In this document: positions 7,834-15,096 of the stretch, piece after piece
Layout of the letters: the number at the start of each line of letters is the position of its first letter
Position numbering within the stretch: the stretch's first letter is position 1
Program-made: the position numbers and the translations under genes
Notes under the pieces: model-generated
What the model saw: the letters and a program-made list of their open reading frames with translations, nothing else
What the model was told of the DNA's origin: nothing
Database searches by the model: none
NCBI GenBank assembly: GCA_964629815.1
Contig: CAZVTA010000003.1
Span: 1 to 46,720, forward strand
Source of the DNA: an uncultured Candidatus Saccharibacteria bacterium
GTDB taxonomy: Bacteria > Patescibacteriota > Saccharimonadia > Saccharimonadales > AWTP1-31
Length of the DNA: 46,720 bases
Direction of reading: 5' to 3'

Positions 7834-8358
7834 TTAGCTGACGACGTCTATACCAAGCTTGTGTTCTAGATAGAGCACAGTCGGTAAGCTTAAAAGGTGG
7901 AATTTAACAGAGTATTCACCTAGTTTGAGGCCTATTTCGGGGTTGGTGCCTCGTTGGGCAGCGTCTAAATTAAAGGGTTTGTCGGGGTATTTTGCGAGGA
8001 AGGTCTCTATATCGTCAAATATAACAAATTCTACATGCTCCAGCCCGTCTGCGTGTGGGCTATGCGGTTTTGGTGCAGGCAACTCGATGGCATCGATACG
8101 CCAAGCGTTGTGTTGTACGGGTTCGTGCAGGCGAAACGTCGATATTGGCCGGCCACTAACAATTGTTTCGCCAAGTAGGTGTGCTATACCGCTGAGTTGT
8201 TGCTTCATGTCGGCGTATGCTTCGTTAGAGCTGGTTCGGTAACACATGTGATCGAGCTGCGAAAAATCGTCTAAATCGAACCCTTCATTGACAACACGCA
8301 GCAGTATATCGTCTAGAAACTCATGATAATTGCCTACGACCGTCTCAAGCTTATCCAT
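7834..8358 (-). CDS. VOC-family / YecM-like protein
   Basis: Length and pattern (DH.CYR......Y.......G......I.GRPI..F.L......GLEH.EFV) resemble YecM as I recall it. Confidence 0.55.
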   Translation of the reverse strand: MDKLETVVGNYHEFLDDILLRVVNEGFDLDDFSQLDHMCYRTSSNEAYADMKQQLSGIAHLLGETIVSGRPISTFRLHEPVQHNAWRIDAIELPAPKPHSPHADGLEHVEFVIFDDIETFLAKYPDKPFNLDAAQRGTNPEIGLKLGEYSVKFHLLSLPTVLYLEHKLGIDVVS

Positions 8359-8405
8359 ACATGCACAATATCAAAAACAGATACCCTATTCAAAATTTAT
8401 CAATA

Positions 8406-8696
8406 TCAAGGAAAGATAATTGTGTTTTTGGATTTATGCTTTCTGCCAAGAACTAGCCATCGTAGAAACATGATTACGTACATAGCATCAATTACAAAAA
8501 GCATTAATAATCCAGCAAGAATATAAATAGATCCGCCAAAGAGATTGAGCCAACCGGATACTTCGGATTCTAGGAATTCACGCGACAATGCGAAGGCGCT
8601 GTAGTTGATTATTACTAAAGCCCCTCCAAGGGCAAGCCACAGTGCGAGTGTTAGAAGGTTTTTATTCTTTTGCGGTTGCTGATTCATTATGTTCAA
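8406..8696 (-). CDS. Small membrane protein
   Basis: Three hydrophobic segments; no motif. Confidence 0.45.
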   Translation of the reverse strand: MNIMNQQPQKNKNLLTLALWLALGGALVIINYSAFALSREFLESEVSGWLNLFGGSIYILAGLLMLFVIDAMYVIMFLRWLVLGRKHKSKNTIIFP

Positions 8697-8706
8697 GGTT
8701 AAATTG

Positions 8707-8783
8707 TGGTACTCCGGGAGGGACTCGAACCCCCAACCTAATGGTTAGAACCCACTTGCTCTATCCAATTGAGCTACCGGAGC
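8707..8783 (-). tRNA. tRNA-Arg(UCU), CCA encoded
   Basis: Reverse complement: GCTCCGG acceptor, GCTC-AATTGGATA-GAGC, AGTGG-GTTCTAA-CCATT (anticodon TCT), GGGGG-TTCGAGT-CCCTC, A, CCA. Confidence 0.85.
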
Positions 8784-8875
8784 AGGCAATACCGAGCCTA
8801 TTATACCGTATTTACCCCAGTTATGTTGCAAAAACAACACATTAATCGCATACTGGGCGTATAAGGATAAGAACT

Positions 8876-10201
8876 ATGGAAGATGACAATACACCGCAAA
8901 ATAATATAAAACCAACAACAGAAGATCAAAAAATTGAAGAGGCGACCAAGAATCTAGACCTTGAGCAGCCATCAACAAATGCGTCTAAAATAACGGCTCC
9001 CCAACCAGTAAAAACGAAACAGACCCGCAAAAAAGTGCTCATTATCGGTGTCGTATTGCTGCTATTGGTTGGTGGGATTATCGGATGGCTCTTTATGAAA
9101 GGATCTAACAAAACAACCACAGGTAACACGACAATCACCGAATCAACAACGCAAGAAACCACCGAAACACAAGCCAAGACATATATTCCAAATACAGTGG
9201 TATATGCATACCAGCAAAGCACTGGTTCGCCGTATAGCCTGTACTGGCGACCCGCAGCGGGTGGCGAACGAAAAGAAGCGCTCAAACTCGGCAGTAATAA
9301 GTTTATTATGTCGCGAGATGTTCGGGGTGCAAATGTGGCGTTCGCGAGTGATGACGGCGTATTTATGAGTACCGATTCTGGTGCAAGCTATAAGCAAGTC
9401 GTAACGGTGCAGGCGGGCGAACAGATAACATCGGTTCGGTTTGCAACGAGTGGCAAAAAACTTGCCTATGCGTTGTTGAGTGAGTCGCGCAAGAACACCG
9501 TTAAAACTATTGGCGTAGACGGCAAAGCTAGTACAGACCTCTTTACTTCTGACGAAGCGGGTGTTTTTATGTATGGCTGGAACGATTCGACGAACCAAGT
9601 ATTTTACAGCAAAGGTTGCTACAACTGCGACGGCAGCCCCAGTACGTATACGCTATACGATGTAAAAGCCAAGCAGGGCAAAGAAATAAAGCTTAAAACC
9701 GACGCGCAAAAGAGCTACTACATTGCAGGTGTAGCTATAAGCGATGACATGACTAAGGTAGTCAATGTAACGGCGGCTCCCGATACTGGTTCTGATGTAG
9801 CTTTGTCGGCAGGTGTGGCGCCATACACCGTACAAACTTACGATGTAAAGGCTGGCAAACTGTCTACTGCGGCAACAATTGGATCCAAGGGCGAAAAGAA
9901 TTCAAACGGAACACTCAAAACATACGATGTAATGACTGGCTTTATGGCACACAGCAATACGCCGTATTATGCAGTGGGCTCTAATGTATACAAAATAGCC
10001 GGAGACAAACCAACCATACTGTACCAGGCAGATTCACCAATCTTTAATGTATCGTATGTGAGCGACACAAATGTGTTCGCAGGTTCTGGCAAGAGTGGTA
10101 GCGATTATACGCTATACAACTACGTCGTTGCAGATAAAAAAGCGACCAACATTTTTAATGGCGACAATCAGACAATAGTCATCGGTGTCACTGAAAAATA
10201 A
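8876..10201 (+). CDS. N-terminally membrane-anchored extracytoplasmic protein, unknown function (repetitive beta-rich body)
   Basis: AAGGA SD upstream; one TM segment (KKVLIIGVVLLLLVGGIIGWLF) followed by a Thr-rich linker. No motif recognised. Confidence 0.55.
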   Translation: MEDDNTPQNNIKPTTEDQKIEEATKNLDLEQPSTNASKITAPQPVKTKQTRKKVLIIGVVLLLLVGGIIGWLFMKGSNKTTTGNTTITESTTQETTETQAKTYIPNTVVYAYQQSTGSPYSLYWRPAAGGERKEALKLGSNKFIMSRDVRGANVAFASDDGVFMSTDSGASYKQVVTVQAGEQITSVRFATSGKKLAYALLSESRKNTVKTIGVDGKASTDLFTSDEAGVFMYGWNDSTNQVFYSKGCYNCDGSPSTYTLYDVKAKQGKEIKLKTDAQKSYYIAGVAISDDMTKVVNVTAAPDTGSDVALSAGVAPYTVQTYDVKAGKLSTAATIGSKGEKNSNGTLKTYDVMTGFMAHSNTPYYAVGSNVYKIAGDKPTILYQADSPIFNVSYVSDTNVFAGSGKSGSDYTLYNYVVADKKATNIFNGDNQTIVIGVTEK

Positions 10202-10206
10202 CCTAG

Positions 10207-10620
10207 TTAGATTGAGAATTCATCAATTAATTTAATTAACTCTGTGCGTATGCGTTTAATTGATGGTTTTTCTTTAACGACCCCCATGACCAATTCTTCG
10301 AACTTTTTGTTCATATGTAGGTCGTATGAGAGCCTTTGTTTTTTGTCGCTATTTAAATTGTATACCATTAGCATCGATATTAACGCAGTACGTTTATTCC
10401 CATCTGCGAAAGCATGGTTTCTGGCGATTCCTTCGAGTATCAGTGCGGCAACGAGGTGAATGTCACAATTGCTTTCGAGGGCCATATAATTTTGCGGACG
10501 ATAAAGAGCGCTTTCTATATATTCGGGGTGCGGCATTCCCTTGAGTCCGCCAAATTCTTCAAGTACAATCTCGTGAATGATACAAACTGTATCAAAACTA
10601 GGCAGCAAATAAGGGTGCAC
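10207..10620 (-). CDS. doc: Doc (death-on-curing) / Fic-family toxin
   Basis: Contains the Fic motif HAFADGNKRTA (HxFx[DE]GNxR). About 137 aa, which is typical of Doc. Confidence 0.8.
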   Translation of the reverse strand: MHPYLLPSFDTVCIIHEIVLEEFGGLKGMPHPEYIESALYRPQNYMALESNCDIHLVAALILEGIARNHAFADGNKRTALISMLMVYNLNSDKKQRLSYDLHMNKKFEELVMGVVKEKPSIKRIRTELIKLIDEFSI

Positions 10621-10718
10621 TATTTTTTAGCAAGCGAAGACATAGCTGGCGACATTTCTTTCACCAGTTTCTTTATTGTTTGCTTACTACCTTTTACGTA
10701 TATGAACTTTTTTACCAT
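10620..10718 (-). CDS. 32-aa ORF translationally coupled to doc (candidate mini-antitoxin)
   Basis: Encodes MVKKFIYVKGSKQTIKKLVKEMSPAMSSLAKK. Its TAG stop shares one base with the doc GTG start (TAGTG). GATAAT lies 8 nt upstream of its ATG. It is below the ORF-track length cut-off. Confidence 0.4.
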   Translation of the reverse strand: MVKKFIYVKGSKQTIKKLVKEMSPAMSSLAKK

Positions 10719-10827
10719 ATAGAGATATTATCATAAATGTGTATATAAAGCATAAGCTTAAAGATTGTCATATTGTTTAAGAAAAACTTGAGCGAACTAT
10801 GCCTAAATAGTTCGAAAGTTACTAAAC

Positions 10828-11373
10828 CTACTGTTCATTAGCGAATATTTGCCCGCGGACATAGTCTAGCCCGCTTGTAATTGCCTCGTGGTCTACTGTG
10901 CGAACGAGTGACGCAAAGCCAAGCCTACTTACAATAAAGTGCTTCTCTGGGCCCTGTTCTACTATGCTTGCTGCAACTTCGGGTATTTTATCTTCGGTTC
11001 TGAGCCACAAGTCGGATACATCGAGCCCAGTTATTTGGCTGGTTTGTCGTGATACTAACGCATTAGATCCTTCAATACGAAGTAGAAAACCAGCTATGTT
11101 TGGCACCTTCCACATTGCCATAACGCCGTCGCCATACAAAGTCGATTGTTTGTCGTGAAGCGCAGCCCCATATACCTGTAAATAGTTTGGTCTTCCGTTA
11201 GGGCGGATTGACACGGAGGCAAGCCCCCTGCTTTTAACTGCTTCTGCAACAAAGCGCCTGTCAATACCAACAGTATCCTCAGCAAAGTCCAATAACGATT
11301 CAAACTCAGCAGCAGCCCGCATAGGAGCTTCGCGTTCGAGTCGTTTTCGTATTCTTTCTGCACGATGAGCCAT
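10828..11373 (-). CDS. Hypothetical protein
   Basis: Long ORF; no motif recognised. A hairpin (10790-10815) follows its stop. Confidence 0.5.
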   Translation of the reverse strand: MAHRAERIRKRLEREAPMRAAAEFESLLDFAEDTVGIDRRFVAEAVKSRGLASVSIRPNGRPNYLQVYGAALHDKQSTLYGDGVMAMWKVPNIAGFLLRIEGSNALVSRQTSQITGLDVSDLWLRTEDKIPEVAASIVEQGPEKHFIVSRLGFASLVRTVDHEAITSGLDYVRGQIFANEQ

Positions 11374-11478
11374 GGAAATGTTTTATACACTGTAAGCGAA
11401 TAGAAAGCAACTCCTTCAGTGGCTCTGTCTCTGATAATGTATTTATCAATTGAACAAAAATAATGTAGTAGGCCTAAT

Positions 11479-12594
11479 CTACAGACCGTAGTGAGCAACT
11501 GATTTAGCTAAATGCTTTCGCCCGTTCTCAATTTTTTCTTTTACCTCATTAGTGGGAGACCAACTGTAACGACGTAAGCGTAGTGTCATTTTTGAGATTG
11601 TATAACGCAAACGCAGAAGTTCAAAGCGCTCATCAAAATCCGCTGGTTTATTGGCGACACTCCAGTAACCCTTTAGGAATTCTTCGAGTCGTTCTGGTTC
11701 AAAGAATGTGCTCCAGCATGCAATGTCGCTTACAGGATCACCTCCTGCACATTCGTCAAAGTCTAATATACCCGTTACGTCTGTGCCGTCAGTTAGAAGG
11801 TTCCAGTCGGCAAAGTCATTGTGTACAAGAACCGATCTGGCGGCTTGCAGATACGGGTTGTTTGCATCAAAAAGTTCCATAAGTGCACTACGTTGGCTTT
11901 CATTGAATATGCCTTCCTTTACCAGCACATTCAAATTAAATGGTAGAGCAGCCCGTACTGCATCTGTATATGTAGAGTGTAATCCTGTTAATTCGCCGTT
12001 TCTGGCAGCCTCATTGTCGAATGGACCAAAGCCGTTAACTTCTATTTTGTGGAGTCTAGCCATCATCGCACCTGCATTGTGAACAATTTTAGCTTCGTCT
12101 TCAGGATGTTGTCTCAGCCATATCTGTATTGCAGCATCGGGCAATTTTTCAAGTACATGGAAAGCAAAGTCATCACCACCTTCAAAATCGTGAATACCAA
12201 ACGTTCGATATGTTGGCAAGCCAGCTTCCCTTACTCTATCTGCCGCAGCTGCTTCAACGTGGAAATAGCCATTCTTAATACCCCTAGGGAAAGCTCGAAT
12301 TATGACCTCCTGACCTGACTGAAGTATCCCGCTCCTTACAGAACTAACGTTGCCAAGGTTTGTTTGCGCTTCTGCATCAAAAGCCACGACAGAAGCTAAC
12401 TTGTCATCGTCGAGCGTAGCGTTTACATGCTCCACAAGTTGTTCGTCCGTAAAGTAACGATGTCGATCAGCCCAAATATGGCCCGCTTCTTCGGGATTAA
12501 CGGCACGATCGGTCTGCCAATAAAAAACGTTGCTTCTGTCGGCGATTCCTTGGTTGATACGGTTTAGGTCGATATTTATCATCTGTTCAGACAT
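11479..12594 (-). CDS. Phosphotransferase (APH / choline-kinase-like) family protein
   Basis: Brenner-type catalytic loop VHNDFADWNLL and the Mg-binding region ILDFDECAGGDPVSD. Confidence 0.75.
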   Translation of the reverse strand: MSEQMINIDLNRINQGIADRSNVFYWQTDRAVNPEEAGHIWADRHRYFTDEQLVEHVNATLDDDKLASVVAFDAEAQTNLGNVSSVRSGILQSGQEVIIRAFPRGIKNGYFHVEAAAADRVREAGLPTYRTFGIHDFEGGDDFAFHVLEKLPDAAIQIWLRQHPEDEAKIVHNAGAMMARLHKIEVNGFGPFDNEAARNGELTGLHSTYTDAVRAALPFNLNVLVKEGIFNESQRSALMELFDANNPYLQAARSVLVHNDFADWNLLTDGTDVTGILDFDECAGGDPVSDIACWSTFFEPERLEEFLKGYWSVANKPADFDERFELLRLRYTISKMTLRLRRYSWSPTNEVKEKIENGRKHLAKSVAHYGL

Positions 12595-12620
12595 GAATTA
12601 ATAGTTATTGTACCATAATT

Positions 12621-12649
12621 AAAAGTAAAAACCCCTGGTTCTACAGGGG
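12621..12649 (-). terminator. Intrinsic terminator after tRNA-Gly
   Basis: On the minus strand: CCCCTG-TAGAAC-CAGGGG followed by TTTTTACTTTT. Confidence 0.6.
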
Positions 12650-12652
12650 TCG

Positions 12653-12727
12653 TGGTGCGGGTGGCGGGAGTCTAACCCGCGTCGCCTGCTTGGAAGGCAG
12701 GAATAATAAACGTTATACCACACCCGC
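12653..12727 (-). tRNA. tRNA-Gly(UCC), CCA encoded, with non-canonical D and T loops
   Basis: Reverse complement: GCGGGTG acceptor, D arm GTAT-AACGTTTA-TTAT, anticodon arm CCTGC-CTTCCAA-GCAGG, variable CGAC, T arm GCGGG-TTAGACT-CCCGC, CACCCGC, A, CCA. Confidence 0.75.
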
Positions 12728-12837
12728 TCGGTGACTACTTGTTTGGCCAGACAAGGCATACAAGCAGTTATTTCTCTGTTTGGATTCCCAAACGACAGGG
12801 GTGATTATAGCATGTATACGCCGAGCAGTAAAACGCT

Positions 12838-14103
12838 CTAGCTAGCGCTCGGTTGCTGGATGCCTTTACGGGTAGGGGATACCCAGGCACCATTGTAGGC
12901 TTGCTTGCGAAGCATTTTCTTTGGATTAATTAAGCAGCGGAAGATGGCTGCAATTTGCACGAGATCCATAATATAAAACACAAAATACATGATAGGAGCA
13001 TAGAAGGTGAGGCTTAGCTTGTGTTTGAGTGGGCTATGTTCGTCTGGCCAGATGGTCCACAAAATATACAGGGTAATGGTCATGTATGCACCAACAAAGA
13101 GTCCAAAAGTCTGGTAGCGGATAGATAAGAATGCAATGTACCCAAGCACAAAAGGCTGCGCAATGAGCATAAGCTCACTTAAGAAAGCCATGGGTATGCG
13201 ATACAGTGTAAGGCTATGGTTGTATTGTTTGCCAACGCGTCCGAAGAGGGAACGATACTTTAAGAGGTTTTGGATCATGCCCATCTTCCAGCGGTAGCGT
13301 TGCTTCAGTAGTCCTCTAAATGATTCGACGCCTTCGGTCATGGCGACCACATCTGCAGCATAGATAATGCGTTTGTTGCGATCGCTGTTTGCAATGATCT
13401 TCATACTGAGACCGATATCTTCGGTTTCGGTGTCGGTGTCATAATACTTAACTTGTTTAATAATTTCGCTACGGTACGTTGATGCAACACCACCAACAAT
13501 AAATTCCGAATTGGTAAGGGTGTAGAATTTTTTTGCCCGGTAGCCGATCATATGCTCGAATTTTTGCAGCAAGCTTAGTATTGACGGACTGTCCATAATA
13601 CGTACGTTTGCGGCAACGCCAATAACGTTTTCGTCGGCAAAGTAATCGACAGCCTTTTTGATCGCGCGTTTGTCGAGTACGCAGTCTGCATCGAGCGTCA
13701 TAATAAGGCTGCCGGCGGCATGGTGTTTAATGCAATAATTCAGTCCTCCGCCCTTGCCTACTTGTTTACGGCGGTTCACTAGCCGGATGTCCATGTACGG
13801 GTATTGCCGTTTAAAAGTATTTACCAATGATGCGGTTTTGTCTGTACTACGGTCATTATGTACGATGACCTGAACTTTGCGGTATGTGTTGCGGCGTATA
13901 GAATCTAGGCAGCGGGTAATGACAAGCTCTTCGTTGTGAGCTGGAACTACAATGGTTACAAGGGGTTGTTTGCCTCGTATGCGGGCGGGTTTGCGGCGGA
14001 ATGCGCGCATGTCGTATAGGTTAGCGCCGCCGATGTAGAGCCCAATATGGATAAAATTAATGAGCCCTAATATAACGAATAAGTAAAACAAGAATAGGTA
14101 CAT
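12838..14103 (-). CDS. Processive family-2 glycosyltransferase (PgaC/IcaA/cellulose-synthase-like)
   Basis: VVPAHNEE, DAD, and the Q(R)xRW motif QRYRW. One N-terminal TM plus a C-terminal TM bundle. Its ATG overlaps the sortase stop (TAATG). Confidence 0.85.
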   Translation of the reverse strand: MYLFLFYLFVILGLINFIHIGLYIGGANLYDMRAFRRKPARIRGKQPLVTIVVPAHNEELVITRCLDSIRRNTYRKVQVIVHNDRSTDKTASLVNTFKRQYPYMDIRLVNRRKQVGKGGGLNYCIKHHAAGSLIMTLDADCVLDKRAIKKAVDYFADENVIGVAANVRIMDSPSILSLLQKFEHMIGYRAKKFYTLTNSEFIVGGVASTYRSEIIKQVKYYDTDTETEDIGLSMKIIANSDRNKRIIYAADVVAMTEGVESFRGLLKQRYRWKMGMIQNLLKYRSLFGRVGKQYNHSLTLYRIPMAFLSELMLIAQPFVLGYIAFLSIRYQTFGLFVGAYMTITLYILWTIWPDEHSPLKHKLSLTFYAPIMYFVFYIMDLVQIAAIFRCLINPKKMLRKQAYNGAWVSPTRKGIQQPSAS

Positions 14104-14723
14104 TACTGCACCTCCGCAAGGTCAAATGTAAAGAGCTGCCGATTTTGATACCATAATCCGCTACACGTTTGAATGGTTAGGATAGGACTGCCTTTATAGC
14201 TGAATAACGAATCGTCATACGGATTTGTTTCGAGGCTGTTTCGAAAAATGTAGGTAAACGTATGACCGTTGTCGGTTGTAATGATCGCATTATCGCCCGT
14301 CTTTATTTTATTGAGATTTTTAAACACTTCGCGACGGTTGTGGCCGTAAATGAAGGTGTTGCCACCTTCGTTGTTCGCAAGGGGGGTTATGAGTGCGTAA
14401 TGTGCTTTGTTGTTGCTGAGCGACCATGTCTTCGACTGTTTGTAATAAATGCCGTCGGCGACAGGAAGGTCGAGCGTTAGTGAGGGTATCTGTAATCGAG
14501 TGGGTTTGCCTTCGATTCGTGTTGACGCTGTTTGCGCGCTTGCAACTGCAGGTGTCTGCTGTACACTTTGCGTGAACGTCGTTGTGACCGGCTCTTGTTT
14601 ATGAAACGCGCGCAAAATCTGCTGATGAAAGAGTAGTCCACCAGCGAGTATGAAAAGGGCAAGTATAGTAAGTCGAAAGCGTAGTATCATAATAAAAATA
14701 AAGAGGGTAGCGCATGCGCGCAC
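14103..14723 (-). CDS. Sortase-family transpeptidase
   Basis: N-terminal TM anchor, catalytic His (IYGHN), the TLxTC-type motif TIQTC, and a downstream conserved Arg (NRQ). The exact start is uncertain (GTG 14723 or an internal ATG). Confidence 0.8.
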   Translation of the reverse strand: MRACATLFIFIMILRFRLTILALFILAGGLLFHQQILRAFHKQEPVTTTFTQSVQQTPAVASAQTASTRIEGKPTRLQIPSLTLDLPVADGIYYKQSKTWSLSNNKAHYALITPLANNEGGNTFIYGHNRREVFKNLNKIKTGDNAIITTDNGHTFTYIFRNSLETNPYDDSLFSYKGSPILTIQTCSGLWYQNRQLFTFDLAEVQ

Positions 14724-14746
14724 CCCTCCGTTATTTGTTGTGCTAA

Positions 14747-14902
14747 TTAGCCCTTAAGAGCGTTCTTAGCGATTACACGTGCAAGTGTGCTAACTACTGC
14801 TACTACTGCTACTGCGATAGTTGCTGCGCCAACAATGCTTGCTACGGTGTTACTACCAGTGTTTGGTAGCACGATTTGTGAGGGTAGTACGTATTGGTAC
14901 AT
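14747..14902 (-). CDS. 51-aa ORF consisting of a 15-aa head plus a complete LPNTG / TM / basic-tail sorting signal
   Basis: Encodes MYQYVLPSQIVLPNTGSNTVASIVGAATIAVAVVAVVSTLARVIAKNALKG. GGGAGA lies just upstream of the ATG, and an in-frame TAA lies 7 codons upstream. It ends 24 nt before the sortase gene. Confidence 0.5.
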   Translation of the reverse strand: MYQYVLPSQIVLPNTGSNTVASIVGAATIAVAVVAVVSTLARVIAKNALKG

Positions 14903-15096
14903 GGTTCTCCCAAATGTTAGTTAATAGTCCTAGTTCGTCTCCCAAAAGATAAGAACAAAAGGCCATCACTAATTATCCATAAAAATGACAAAATGTAAAG
15001 TGTATTATAAAACATGCTTATGCTTTGATAACCATGAGCAATTTTCTTTTTGTTTACAAGGTGCTAGAGTTATGGGGAAATATATCAGGAGAATAC

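Noticed and set aside
8642-8845. 67-aa plus-strand ORF
   Set aside because: It overlaps tRNA-Arg(UCU) on the opposite strand almost completely, so it is a spurious reading of the tRNA gene.
15025-15096. 24-aa N-terminal extension of the deacetylase ORF (and ORF 14985..15185)
   Set aside because: AGGAGA lies 4 nt upstream of ATG 15097, and translation from there gives a canonical signal peptide. The extension has no support.
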